In this document: piece by piece, positions 40,255-54,538 of the stretch | Position numbering within the stretch: position 1 is the stretch's first letter | How the letters are laid out: every line of letters begins with the position of its first letter | Source of the DNA: Octopus vulgaris | Taxonomy: Eukaryota | NCBI GenBank assembly: GCA_951406725.2 | Contig: OX597825.1 | Span: forward strand, 60,884,001 to 60,948,000 | Reading direction: 5' to 3' | DNA length: 64,000 nt | Made by a program: the position numbers and the translations under genes | The notes under the pieces: generated by a model | What the model was told of the DNA's origin: nothing | Seen by the model: only the letters and a program-made list of their open reading frames with translations | The model's database searches: none

Positions 40255-40892
40255 GATGTATTCTTACGCAGTGGAAATATAGATAGGCATTCAGATAGAC
40301 ATGTACGTAAGATCTCTATTGTGATTGCTATTATTTCGTGTATCTAAAATGTATCAATAATATTCATTCTGACAACTACGTTCTTAGAATCCCTTTGAAA
40401 GTGTATTACATATAATTCACATTAATTCAATGCTGATACAGTTTGATCGTATCTTCAATATTCATGTGAGAAATTTGTTGTCTTTTCTCTATATTTACTT
40501 TAACCAAATGTACCTAAATATGGCTGTAGATAGCAACAAGCATAATGTAAAACATGCCTGAATCCAGTTGGCGTATGTATTTGTAGTATTTCAGTTAGGT
40601 TTGACATATTTAACTCTGGTAGTGTTTAAAAGCAGGCAGACTTATATGCTGAAGAAAAGGCAATATTTATCAATGACTAATATTGTTTTAACCATTTTCT
40701 TTATTCTACTTTCTGAGTTCAAACTATCCTATGTTATTTCTACTGAGGCTGAGGCTGATAAAGTAAAATTCTTATCAAATACAGGTGTCGATATCTCCAG
40801 CCTAATCTAAGAAATAAAAAAGCGAATAAGAAACTACGTAGTATTGTGCTGTTATAATAGGGACTATTATTTTTATCATTTCGCAAGTATAA

Positions 40893-41106
40893 GACGGCGA
40901 ACTGACAGAATCGTTAGTGCGTTGAATACAATGCTTTGCGGTATTTTTTCCGAGTCTACGTTTTGAGCTCAAATTCCACCCAGGTCAACTTTGCCTTTCG
41001 CCCTTCCGGAGCAGTTGAAAAAAAAGTGCCAGCCAAGTACCAGAGTCGATATAATTGACCTACATCCACACCTTAAAATAGCTGGTTTCGTACCGAAATT
41101 AGAAAA
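40893..41106 (+). mobile_element. SINE family A, degenerate
   Basis: GGCGAACTGACAGAATCGTTAG head plus core. Confidence 0.7.
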
Positions 41107-41383
41107 AATTATTTCGTCCTGTAAGATATGTTATGGTTCGATAATGTCATGTCTTGCTACAAATAGCAGCCAAATCTTTCTCAAATTACTCTTTATCACC
41201 TGAAAGATATATAAGTAAACTATGTTTGGAATAAAGAAACAGTATGGCCATCATTTGGAACATATTTTAACGTTCTTTTTCTTCGTTCACAGTAGCCTTA
41301 AGGGTTCAACAACAGCGATGACGCCAAAAACATCAATTATTGTAATTACACGAATTTTATATTAGATAAGATTCGATGAGATG

Positions 41384-42094
41384 CTTCGTTGCTCGAAGTA
41401 ATTAAATTGTAAGGAGCGTTATCAGAAACGACTAAACCTTGCAGTGCTATAGTTGTTCCATCTTCAGTGGTGCGAATTAATATTGCTCGACGTGCTTGAA
41501 GCCACATCTCCAATAAGCCCAAGACTACTGTCTTAAAACACACGTTTTGCATAATATTCCACCGGGATTTCTATTCTAGAACAGTTAAGGTGATTTAGGG
41601 TTAGGGTTAGAAAACTTCAACTTACAAATTTCCCGATAAGCATGAAGTCATATTATCTATATCCTTCAACGAACTACAGTACGTTTGATTGACCTGCTAT
41701 CATTGAAAGACGTTCAAAACACTTCTGAAATTCTATGCAATATTTTCTACCAGAATTTCATTTTGTTCACTTACTTTTTCATATGAATTGACCCTCGAGT
41801 GCATGCGTATAGATCATGGTGTACGTATGCGCGTAGACACGTGTGGGTTCATACATAGATACATAGATATGCCACTTCGTTGCTCGAAGTAATTAAATTG
41901 TAAGGGGCGTTATCAGAAACGACTAAACCTTGCAGTGCTATAGTTGTTCCATCTTCAGTGGTGCGAATTAATATTGCTCGACGTGCTTGAAGCCACATCT
42001 GCAATAACCCCAAAACTACTGTCTTAAAACACACGTTTTGCATAATATTTCACCGGGATTTCTATTCTAGAAAAGTTAAGGTGATTTAGGGTTA
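41384..42094. repeat. About 220-bp direct duplication
   Basis: 41384-41603 versus 41875-42094, near identical. Confidence 0.95.
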
Positions 42095-42182
42095 CAATAG
42101 GTTAGTCTCACGAGAAATTGCACTGCATCTGACAATTCCTTCTTTATTCCTGTTGGCAAAGCAGCATCTGCCTTAGAAACCC

Positions 42183-42404
42183 TATTTATTTAGTACCCAC
42201 AAGGAGGTAAACATAGAGAGGACATACAAACGGTTTAAGTCGATTATGTCGACTCCAGTGTGTAACTGGTACTTATTTAATCGACGCCAAAAGGATGAAA
42301 GGCAAAGTCGACCTTGGCGGAATTTGAACTCAGAACGTAGCGGCAGACGAAATACCGCTAAGCATTTCGCCCGGTATGCTAACGATTCTGCCAGCTCGCC
42401 ACCT
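42183..42404 (-). mobile_element. SINE family A with TSD
   Basis: TGCCTTAGAAACC flanks both sides. Confidence 0.85.
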
Positions 42405-43032
42405 AATATTGCCTTAGAAACCCATACAGGAAGAAGTGACCAACTGACATTAAAAACTCTGTCTGTTCGTGTTGCGTTTGCGCTGCTGTTTTCTTCGAGT
42501 GTAACAGTGTTCATAAGCAAACCTCAAATTCCTTAATTATTCTACGTTTGCTGGATTTGGGCCAATTTGGCGTCAAATAAAAAACATGCTTTAAACCAGT
42601 CCACATTGTCTTAAGAAGAGATAATGTTGATGGTGTAGTGCAGGGTATGTTATTTTCAGAAGAAATGTGACTATGTTTATTTTAAATACTTTGTTTGACT
42701 GAAAGCATTAGATGCACAATCTCTGCAGGATCTCAATGAGCTATGTCATCCATCCAGTTAAGGTTTTTCCTGAATTCTTGCAACCTAACGAATGAAAGAA
42801 GGTATTCTTGCAACTTAACCTTATGAAAAAAGGTAAGTTTTTAAAGGAATGGTGTTGTGAGCAGAGAGTTATATGTGTACTGTTTGGTGAACTGAAAGAA
42901 TGTAATGGAAATAATGTGACAAAAGGAGGAGAAAAAATTGAGCCGATTGTTCTTGAATGGAAAGGAATTGAGACGAGTACCGAGGAATAGAAGCTACATT
43001 AGCTGCGGTAGAAAAAGTAGAGAGGAGATATA

Positions 43033-43264
43033 TATTTCTTTACTACCCACAAGCGGCTAAACACAGAGGGGATAAACAAGGACAGACAAACGGATTAAGT
43101 CGATTACATCGACCCCAGTGCGTAACTGGTACTTAATTTATCGACCCCGAAAGGATGAAAGGCAAAGTCGACCTCGGCAGAATTTGAACTCAGAACGTAA
43201 CGGCAGACGAAATACGGCTACGCATTTCGCCCGGCGTGCTAACGTTTCTGCCAGCTCGCCGCCT
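43033..43264 (-). mobile_element. SINE family A with TSD
   Basis: TAGAGAGGAGATATA flanks both sides. Confidence 0.88.
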
Positions 43265-43498
43265 TAGAGAGGAGATATAACAACTGAGACAATACTGTGC
43301 CAAACTATCTCTAGGTCAATATTTGTGACAAGGAGAGGGGCAACTTGAATGGGTGTGCAATTTTTGATCGCTCATAAAACTTACCCAGAGTTGAATCTTG
43401 CAAAAGAATTTGATTTGCAAGTACGCATCAATGAATTTACAAGTCATATAGAATCGCCGGGTTGTAAATATTATTATACGCATAAACACACACACGCA

Positions 43499-43549
<51 letters not shown>

Positions 43550-44022
43550 AGCCCGATGGGCACAGTTATATACATAGATGCATAAATACACCTTCATATG
43601 CATGTAGGTAATACTTATTAACGGTCTTATGTCAGTTTCGGCGATGGTTATTCATTGTTTGATAACCTGAACTACTTGTTCATTAAAGTAGATTGTGTCT
43701 GAACATTCCACTGACAGGTGTACTTTTGATATAAATCTCGGATGCAATCAGATACACGCAGTGTGTGTTAAGGCTGAGCCTTCGAATTTCGGATACGATC
43801 TGACAAGCTCTCATAAGCTCTCCATCTCCCCAGTTTTGCTCACCATGCTTAGTCTGACCCAAAACTATGGTAAAAAGAACACCTGACTAAAATTATGGCT
43901 ACCCCAGCAGGAGCTAACCCCAAATCCTATGACGGCGAAGTTAACTTCTTTGCCATTCGGCCATGCTGTATTCACCGAGATATCTATAGAGATACATAGG
44001 CAAAGACAGATAGATGCACAAA

Positions 44023-44252
44023 AGGCGGCGAGCTGGCAGAAACGTTAGCACGGCGGTCCAAGTGCTTAGCTGTATTTCGTCTGTCGTTACGTTTTGAGTT
44101 CAAATTCCGCCGAGGTCGACTTTGTCTTTAATGCTTTCGGGGTTGATAAATTAAGTACCAGTTATGCACTGGGGTCGATGTAATCGACTTAATCCTTTTT
44201 GTCTGTCCTCGTTTGTCCCCTCTATGTTTAGCCCCTTGTGGGCAATAAAAAA
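44023..44252 (+). mobile_element. SINE family A
   Basis: Full-length homology to the other copies. Confidence 0.85.
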
Positions 44253-45799
44253 TAACAAAGTATTCAAGGCAATAAATAGGATCTACTCAGTAATTTTAAG
44301 CTACGCAAACCACTACCGAATATTCCGGTCTTTGGTTTGTATTTCTTAACGACACTGTTATATTTGCGTCCATTCAGAATTTTAAATCGGTCTGTGCAAC
44401 ATTGAATGAGATGTTGATTTTTTTTTAACTAAACACAAACGTTCAAATGTGTAACATGATGAGTATGAGACATTGTGGGGTTCATTCTTTTCCGAACAGA
44501 ATTAAATTCAATACAAATATCCACTGTTATCAAGAAAATAAATCAGTTTGTTTTCCCACCTGTCCGTCTGGAAGATTAGAGTTAGCTTGATAGCAGCAGT
44601 TACCAATAAATCTCAACATATTAAAAACTCCATACTTCGAAAATCACAACTTTCTAATTCTTTATTGCTAACTGAAGAATATTTGAATCGAATATTTCCC
44701 CACCAGCTCGCATACACACACATGCACATATACACACTCCTCAGACAGTCGAGATACCCTTAATAATGTCAAGTTCGGAATAGCCAAAAGCAACTGAAAT
44801 TCTATCTAAAGCAAAAATTACTTGAATATAAGCCAGTATTAATGTTTCTTTTCTTTCATATGTTTTATATGACAACCACTAGTTTCAATTTAAACCATTG
44901 ACAGCAAGACTTTCAGTTCAGAATATTATTTTTATGAAGCATCATTAAAGTTATTGCCAGCAGCTGCGAAAGGGTTAACAGTTTCCTGATATTTTACCAT
45001 GAAATATTCTGTAATAGCCAATGGCTATAATATAGAATTTGGAAAATTGCAATGCAGCCGAGGTTAAACTGGATGAATTTAAAATATAAGACATGTGCTA
45101 TGAATACGAAGAATGGAGTAAAAAAGTTATAGGAATATGAACTTCGTTAGAAGAAAAGGCCACCTTGGATATAAAGAAAATACTTCAGTATAGCAAGTTC
45201 ATAAACGAGTTTTATTTCTCGGAATCTGTACAAAGACACCGTTTGGCTTATCAGAAATAGAAGCCAAATCCCCTCAAGTCAGCATCGGTGATCTTAGACA
45301 AGGCAGAATATGTTGGATAATGTGTCTTTAGATGAAATATTCTGAAAACGAAAACTGAGATTGTCATAGCTGGACCGCCTTTCATTATATCTCAGTTCAA
45401 TCAGAGTAAATATTGGAGGTGGAATAGCAGACGTAACGATGATGGTAACAACTACTCAATGACCGATTCTTTGAGTATCAAAGTCTACCTCCACGTTTGT
45501 ATTCCCGAAGTCTGATGTGGTTTTATGAAAAAATTATTCTAAATGTATACCAGTAATATTACAAGACTGAATCATTCCAAATACTCTCTACTGTTCCCTT
45601 ATGGAACAAATGAGCTTCTACGTGGTCACATGGTCTGTTAGAAATATCAGCTAAATCACATTTTAATAATACACTCCGACTAAAAATAAAGACTCCATAG
45701 GCATGGTTGGAATGTTTTTGAACATAAATCTGACGCTCCTTCGCGGCCGACTAGGGGATAAAAATTATTGATAATTCGGAATTAGCATAATAAGGTAAA

Positions 45800-46352
45800 T
45801 ATTCTTTACTAGAAGCAAGGCCTGAAAAATTTTTTTTTTGGGGGTGGGGTTGATTAAATCGACCCCAGTACGCAAATGGTACTTAATTTATCAACCCCTA
45901 AAGGATGAACGACAAAGTCGACCTCGGCGGAATGTGAACTCAGAATGTAAAGTCTGACGAAATAGCGCTAAACATTTCGCCCGGCGTGCTAACGTTTCTG
46001 CTAGCTCACCGCCTTTAAAAAGGGAAAATATTCTTTTCTACTCTAGGCACAAGACACGAAAGCAAGTACCAGTTACGCACTGGGGTCGATATAATCGACT
46101 TAATCCGTTTGTCTGTCCTTGTTTGTCCACTCTATGTTTAGCCCCTTGTGGGCAATAAAAATATAAGAATAGTTAGCACGCCAGGCAAATTGCTTTGTGG
46201 CATTTCTTCTGTCTCTAACTTCTGAGTTCAAATTCTGCCGAATTTTACTTTAAATTCATCCTTTAGGCGTCAATAAAAATAGCATTAGGGTTGATTTAAT
46301 CAACTTACCCTCTCTCCTTAAATTGTTGGCCTCGTACCAAAATTTGAAACCA
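45800..46352. mobile_element. Cluster of SINE family A copies and fragments in both orientations
   Basis: 45800-46015 (-), tail fragment 46064-46165 (+), and 46168-46352 (+). Confidence 0.75.
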
Positions 46353-46619
46353 ATAATTTTATTTTAGGTGTAGTTATTTCAAATGTTACGTTTTCTTTTG
46401 TCGTAGGTGGTGTTTTTGCTATTGAACTTGTTATTAAATTTGTTGTTATAAATAGCAACAACATAAATAGTTATTATTGGTCTTTATTACTATTGATGCT
46501 GCTGCTGGTGGAAGTGATAGCATTATTGCTACTATTTCCTTTGCTATTATTGTAGATGTTATAGCTATTGTTGCTATTGTTGCTATTGTTGTTATTTTTA
46601 ATATTACTGTTGTTATTAA

Positions 46620-46842
46620 GGGCGGCAAGCTGGCAGAAACTTTACAACGCCGGGTGAAGTAAGTGCTTAGTGATATTTCGTCAGCTTTTACATTCTGAGT
46701 TCAAATTCTGCCGAGGTCGACCTTGCTTTTCAGCTTTTCAGGAACAATAAAATAAACACTAGTTGAGTATTGGGTCAATGTAACAGAATTGCCCTCACTC
46801 TCGCCCCGAAATTGCTGGCCTTGTGCCAAAATTTGAAACCAA
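46620..46842 (+). mobile_element. SINE family A
   Basis: GGCGGCAAGCTGGCAGAAAC head, core and tail. Confidence 0.8.
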
Positions 46843-47124
46843 TATTTGCATTAACGATCGTTTTGTTGATGTAAATGTTGCCACTACTACCTTTGTTGGT
46901 ATTGCTAGGTCAGTCATGAAGCGTAAGTAAACGGTAGAGACGGGGGTAAAAGTTCCTTTCTTAAACATGAATCACCGAACAACTAATGCTTTGCATATCC
47001 ATATATGTATTATTCTGAATTTTATATATTTTCAATGAATGTATTGTAGTGAAACACACATGTCATCGTTTATATGATATTAAAAAGTTAACACTAAGAC
47101 ACAAATGATATTTTAGTACGTACT

Positions 47125-47344
47125 TATTTCTTTACTACCCACAAGGGATTAAACATAGAAGGGACAAACAAGGACAGACAAACAGATTAAGTCGATTTTA
47201 TCGATCCCAGTGCGTAACGGGTACGTATTTAATCGACCATGAAAAGACGATCTCGGTGGAATTTGAACTCAGAACATAGCGACAGACGAAATACTACTGA
47301 GCATTTCGCCCGGCGTGCTAACGATTCTGCCAGCTCGCCGCCTT
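47125..47344 (-). mobile_element. SINE family A with TSD
   Basis: ATATTTTAGTAC flanks both sides. Confidence 0.85.
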
Positions 47345-48225
47345 ATATTTTAGTACATACTGTTACGTTATAATTATGCCTAATTATTATTATTTGAATA
47401 AAGTAAGTAATTATATAGAAAGATATTTGCATGCATATATGTCGGAATTACAACACAAGATAGATTTATTTTTGTTAAACGTTGATACACAAAGCATGCT
47501 ATGAAAAAGTGAGAATACATTTAATGAGACTGATTGGCAGGGTTCGGTAGCACCTGAAATGTTTCTCTTTACAAGTTTAATATTTCAGCTTTTTATAACT
47601 TTGAACAATACTTCGAGGACGCTTGCAAATTTCGTTAAGCGGAAATTCTCATAAATTTTCTTTCAAGTCTTCCGCCACGCCAGTTACATGCCAGCCAATA
47701 CTGATTAGTCGAAAAACATTCACGCAAGCAGTTATGTCCTTCATGGCTATATAGTTCAGTTTATGCAACTGGTCATGTCTTTTATGGAAATATTGATACC
47801 GTTACATTTGTAGTTGTCACTGCTATTATTGTAATGACGTAATATTTTCGTTGTTGTGATTCTTGCTTTTGTTGTTTAGTCCCAGACCAAAATCTGATGC
47901 TCGAAATTATTGATCAAACTAAAACAATGAAATCTAAAAAAAAAAAAACCAAAAGCAAGAAAAAACAAACAAACAAATATGTTTCTGACTGAAACATCAG
48001 ATTTCTTTTCTTTTCCTACGTTCTTTATATCTCTTCCGCTGCTTGGACTTTATTCACAGACGATCTAGGCATGACCACTCTGCCTTCTTTCGTATGTTTG
48101 CTTTCAATCAGAAGGAAGACAGTGCCTATGACATTTTACAGGAATAAGAAGACTAATGGAAAGAAAAAGTTTCCTTTGTAGGTTAGGTCAAGACTCTCAT
48201 ATTAATTACAGGCGGTTAACTCCAT

Positions 48226-48613
48226 TCTTTTACTCTTTTACTCTTTTACTTGTTTCAGTCATTTGACTGCGGCCATGCTGGAGCACCGCCTTTAGTCGAG
48301 CAACTCGACCCCAGGACTTATTATATCGGTCTCTTTTGCCGAACCGCTAAGTGACGGGGATGTAAACACACCAGCATCTGTTGTCAAGCAATGCTAGGGG
48401 GACAAACACAGACACACAAACACATACACATATATATATACATATATACGACAGGCTTCTTTCAGTTTCCGTCTACCAAATCCACTCACAAGGCATAGGT
48501 CAGCCCGGGGCTATAGCAGAAGACACTTGCCCAAGATGCCACGCAGTGGGACTGAACCCGGAACCATGTGGTTGGTTACCAAGCTACTTACCACACAGCC
48601 ACTCCTGCGCCTA
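48226..48613 (-). mobile_element. SINE family B
   Basis: Homology to family B, with (TACTCTTT)n tail. Confidence 0.88.
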
Positions 48614-49072
48614 TTGTTAATAACACCCAAACCCGTTCGGAGTTGATTCCACATATGTAATAGATATTATTAAACTAATGTCTATAATAGACTAAGAACC
48701 TTTGGTTTGGCTCTCTTTTGCTTTTCTCAACGGATATTTTTGTGTTAAATTTATATAACTTGCAGCAATAAATGTTTTAACAATAACTTAACTGCATGTT
48801 TACATGACAAGTCTTATAACTTTGAAAGTAGATTCATTTCTCTTCACCCTCCTCTCTTTCACTCTTCTCTTTTCTTATAACTTCTGTTTCACTGACTTAT
48901 CCTTTAACTTCCACTCAGTTTTACTCCTCTCCATACTCTTTCCTCCCCGCTTCATTATCTCTCAATTTCACACCTAACCTTTTCACTCGTTCATTCATTT
49001 ACTTTCCATACCCTCCTCTTCAGCCACTCACACTTACATCCCCACTGTTCTTCTGTTCCTCCTCAGAACGAT

Positions 49073-49073
49073 T

Positions 49074-49109
<36 letters not shown>

Positions 49110-49178
49110 TTCTTCTTCTTCTTCTTCTTCTTCTTCTTCTTCTTCTTCTTCTTCTTCTTCTTCTTCTTCTTCTTCTTC
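49073..49178. repeat. (TCA)n(TCT)n microsatellite
   Basis: Read directly from the sequence. Confidence 0.95.
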
Positions 49179-49501
49179 ACCAACATACTTTAGCCGCGTT
49201 GGCATAGGTTGTCACTGATCAATGTTTTTTTTTTCTTTAGATATCTTATTTCATATACACATTAAAAGTTTGATAAGGAATGAACCTGACATGTCAATTC
49301 ATCTTCCGGAATATGACAATGATAAACATTTATCTTCTCGTGTAATGAATTTATAAGCAAACAACCTTCTCGTGAGAAAGTGATAAATCTCTGGTTAGAG
49401 AATTCAGTAAACGAACAAGCAAATCGTTTAAAACAAAACTTAAATAAAGGTAAGAGGTTAAAATATATTAAACAAAAAACTACTGCATTTGATATTAACT
49501 A

Positions 49502-50595
49502 CACAGGCCAATAAATTTATTTTGTGTTTTGTCAAAACTTCTGAACCTGAACAAGGGATTTTTGACACAGAACCCGAAAATGTTATCCATTTATTACCGT
49601 CACGTCAAGATTTTAAGAATTTCATTATCTTTTCTTCAATAAAACAGCTTATGATGAATAAGGCATAACATACATAGAAATTAGTTTTTCTTCAAATCCA
49701 CAATATTTTCTTAAACTCCACTGAAAACCTAATATAAATCTTAAAATTTCTACCGACAAATTACATCATAGTTTATACCTAATTTCCCATGAATTTGCGT
49801 TTGGATTATGTTCTTGAGTACTTAACTTCCTGAATACCACGAGCCAAGTTCCATCAATAGTTTCCTATCATATGCAAGTCCCATCTGCCTCGACACTTTT
49901 GTTTCATTGATTTTATGTCTTGGCGGAAAAGTTCTCCCTGCTTGCCACTTGTGTTATCATGTCTTTCAAGGAGTTTATCAAGTTAACTGTAGAGACAGTG
50001 CTGCTTTATGCTTATATTTGCTTCCAACTTTTAAACATTCTAAAGCATGTTGTCGAATATTTCTATTTCAATGTGATTCATTAAATTTACAAACTTTCCA
50101 TCGTTTAACAATTTTCTGATTAAAGGGCCATCAAATACTTTAGTTTATAGCTTTTTATTGCTCAGAAAAGAATGTGCTACAGATATAGTGAAAGCATGGT
50201 CCATTTAATCCAGAGCCTTAACAAACCACTTCATAATGTCAAGTATATATGAAGTTGAGGTAGGGTAATTTTTATCGGCTGAACTAAAGGCTCTTGAACC
50301 TCATTAAAAAAGCCTGTAAGTAATTTTCACTGTTGCTATTTTTTGGCCTGCTTCTGCTGTCCCACATACATAAAAATCATGGATAAGCATGGATATTTGG
50401 TATATCTTCTTCGTTGCCCCAGGAGATAATTGACTATTAAAGTCTGCGTATATTACACTGATGACTGTGGACTTTAGGCATCTCAAAATCTAGACGTGAT
50501 GGTAAAAAAATGCATTCCATTTTGGATTCAGTATATCAAAAAAAGTTTCAAAACAGTTAAAAACGTCCTTATAACAAAATATCTGTTGGGTTGTG
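49502..50595 (-). mobile_element. Chapaev3-like (CMC superfamily) DNA transposon, internally deleted
   Basis: CAC...GTG termini with imperfect TIR (CACAGGCCAATA / TGTTGGGTTGTG) and CTA duplicated on both sides. Minus-strand remnants EPLVQPIKITLPQLHI, MKWFVKALD, VFDGPLIRKL and RGRWDLHMIGNY. Confidence 0.75.
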
Positions 50596-50879
50596 CTATC
50601 AACAAAAATCCAGAAATGTGACGGGAACCACTGTAGATCCAATATTTAAAACTTAATAATAATACAGCCTTTGGAAATTGCAGTATATCGAAAATTCAGT
50701 TCGAAAATGTACTAAGTCTTTTTATCAATATGTAATAGTGAACTAGAAAATATTCTAAGACCACTGTTTTCTTCAACAGAATGAAAGAAAAATTAAGTGA
50801 GATTAAGATATCACTGAATAGAATAATTTTTCAATTCCCTATAGAATACACTTAAGTGAGTCAAGCATTTTATATATCT

Positions 50880-52100
50880 TAATAATGAACGTCAAAAAGC
50901 AACTTGTAACAGATATACACAACAGATTTGAAACAATAGATTCTTTTTCTTTTTGGTTTGTATCACCTAAAACACACTTGAAAAATATATACTATTTAGT
51001 TAAATCATGAATATATTGGCAATTCTGCTTCGTAATATACCACATAGGTGCGACTTAGATAAACCCATCAGATCATAATGTACATATGTGTTTCATATAT
51101 AGTACAATGAGTAGAGTCTATTGATCTCCGGATACTATAACAAGCAAAATAAACATGATTTGCTAGAACTGACAATGTTATCAAGACTCTACCCTCACAG
51201 TTAGAAGCAACAAGTCTTATTTTACAAAATGTATCAATATTAAAGGCATCAAGACGAACAGATATTTGCAAAGTAATACTATAGTAAAATGTAAAAAGAG
51301 AAGAAATCATTAAACAGAAATTTTTACAAATGACTGATTATTTTTGAAGACAACTGAACCAATTCTGGAAAATATGTGAAATATGCAAATCTGAAAGAGG
51401 TTTCAGCTTGTCCGAACGATCGGAAATTCCTTTTAAACAAGGAGTATATTCAGAGCATAGTAGAAATTTAACTGTGAGATAGTAAAGTTAATTCAAGTAA
51501 TAATATGTTCAGTATGCTCCTTACTCTTTTACTCTTTTACTTGTTTCAGCCATGTGACTGTGGCCATGCTGGAGCACCGCCTTTAGTCGAGCAACTCGAC
51601 CCCGGGACTTATTCTTTGTAAGCCCAGTACTTATTCTATCGGTCTCTTTTTGCCGAACCGCTAAGTAACGGGGAACATAAACACACCAGCATCGGTTGTC
51701 AAGCAATGCTAGGGGGACAAACACAGACACACAAACACACACGCACACATATATATATATATATACATATATACGACGGGCTTCTTTCAGTTTCCGTCTA
51801 CCAAATCTACTCACAAGGCTTTGGTCGGCCCGAGGCTATAGTAGAAGACACTTGCCCAAGATGCCACGCAGTGGGACTGAACCCGGAACCATGTGGTTGG
51901 TTAGCAAGCTACTTACCACACAGCCACTCTTGTGGAGAAACATATAAAAGAACAGCGAAGATCATTATAATACAGACAACGACACTACATAGAGAACAAA
52001 TTCGATTTCCTGTTTACAGTCAAATTTCTCATAGCAGTCATATATGTATATGTGTTGTAAATAGTCAACAAAGCATGAATATTTCTTGTAAATTTCCTAA
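50880..52100 (+). pseudogene. Degenerate Penelope-like RT thumb plus GIY-YIG, interrupted by a SINE
   Basis: VTDIHNR...HLKHT near 50.9 kb. LIQVIICS, then the SINE at 51521-51930, then CGETY...TTLHREQIRFPVYSQIS, similar to the 19.3-kb copy. Confidence 0.55.
51521..51930 (-). mobile_element. SINE family B inserted in a PLE remnant
   Basis: Homology to family B; it interrupts the GIY-YIG remnant. Confidence 0.88.
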
Positions 52101-52208
52101 AAAGATATCCACTGTGACTAAATATATATATCATTATTCAATTAGTGGACTTTTAATTGCGATATTTTCAATGTATGGAAATGGTTAAATGCTGCACAAC
52201 ACACACAC

Positions 52209-52282
<74 letters not shown>

Positions 52283-53110
52283 GTATAACAACGTAAAGTA
52301 ATCAATTCATATAAAACTTATTTGTTACACGAGCATGAACATTTTTACATAAATGAAGCCTGTTGGAAACATGTGGCGGATATTCTAATAGACACATGAG
52401 TATACAGCGCTAAAGAAAAAGGTCTAATCATAGAGGTTTTAGTACGTTTTCTTCTTTACTTTTCGTATAACTACATAAGAGCAAACGGACGTGTGTCTAA
52501 TGATGATTGAGAGCGTCTTAACTCTACAGGAAACATGATTTAACGACCGGCTATTATTCTGATTATTCTGAGACAAACAGTAATTTTAAATATTCCAACA
52601 CACACTCACACACATATAGACACACATGCAAACACACACAAACAATGACACACGCACTCACTGGCACACTGGTACACACACACACGTGTATAAAGAGAAA
52701 AAGGTAGGCAGACAAACATATAGGCGTAAGGTGAAAGAAAGAGATGTATATTAGAACATTTAAGACTGATTATATATAGACACATATGTGTAATCATACA
52801 GGCATACACACGCTTATGTAGCCATATGCATATAAGTATGTAAACGTTTGTATGCTCATATATATGTACGTATACAGTGAAAATGGGTGGCGTTAGAATG
52901 ACAGAGAATTTGTGAGAGATATATATACACATGCACGCTTATAGATAATTCGTTACTAAGATAATGTTGAAATACTACTTTTATTCTGGCACGCATTTTT
53001 GTGTACATACATAAATACACATACACATATACATACGTAGTTGCATTCATACATTTGTATTATGCATGTATGTGTGCGTGTGAGTTGATATGTATGTATA
53101 TGTATATATG

Positions 53111-53147
<37 letters not shown>

Positions 53148-53284
53148 ATGTGTGTATATGTATGTATTTATGTATATACCTAAATATGTGAATGCATGTA
53201 TTTATGTATCTACTTAGCTATCTATTTCTCTCTTTCTCTCAATGTATATATATATATATATATATAGATATATATATATACATA

Positions 53285-53316
<32 letters not shown>

Positions 53317-53684
53317 CGTGTATATGTATATACGTATATATATTCATACATATATATGTATATATATATACGTGTGTGTATATATATATACGTACATATA
53401 TATGCGTATATAAAAACACTCACACATATATTCTTGAAGGTGATAGACATTATTTTTCAACACTATCAAATATGAAATAAATTTGCCTGGGGCTAAACAC
53501 TTATCTGAACAGCATGATCATTTACATTCCTTTCGGTCTTAAAGATTCTACATTTTCTTTCCTACCTCCGTATGTCTTGCAAGAAAGATGACAACATCAA
53601 TATCTTCTTGCCTATGTATTATACTTCATACGCATACACACATAAGTGTGTGTATATATATATATATATATGTAGCTATCTATT

Positions 53685-53722
<38 letters not shown>

Positions 53723-54142
53723 AATAGATAGCTAGATAGATATATACAAATAGATAGATATGTGGGTGTATGTATATGTATGTGTGTATGCGCCTGTGAA
53801 TATATATATATATATAACATATTACGTATTTACAGATATATGTGAAACGAAAAATTAAATCAAGAACATACGAAAAATAAAATAGAAAATATGTGTTCTT
53901 GTTTGTTGGTTTTGTTTTATATTAATTGGAACTTTGTTTGTTTGTTTCCAGGATATAATGGTAAAGGAATATTTATTCCCTGTGGCGTAAACAAACAATA
54001 GAAATGAGGAAAATATTCCCAAATCTTGGTTCTATCGTGTTAGAAATCACCTTTATATTTCGATCTTCATTTTGTTTTTTATTTTAATTATCTTTACATG
54101 GTTTGACACACGAAGAGAAATCTAATCATTTTAAGAATCAAA

Positions 54143-54300
<158 letters not shown>

Positions 54301-54437
54301 TTTATTTATTGGCCAGAAGGACATACATGCAATTCAAAACGTGGCGTGGAAAAGGTGTTACAGTATAAATGAAGACACCAGCATATTTATATCTATATGC
54401 ATATCAATCAATCAATCTATCTATCTATCTAATTATC

Positions 54438-54538
<101 letters not shown>

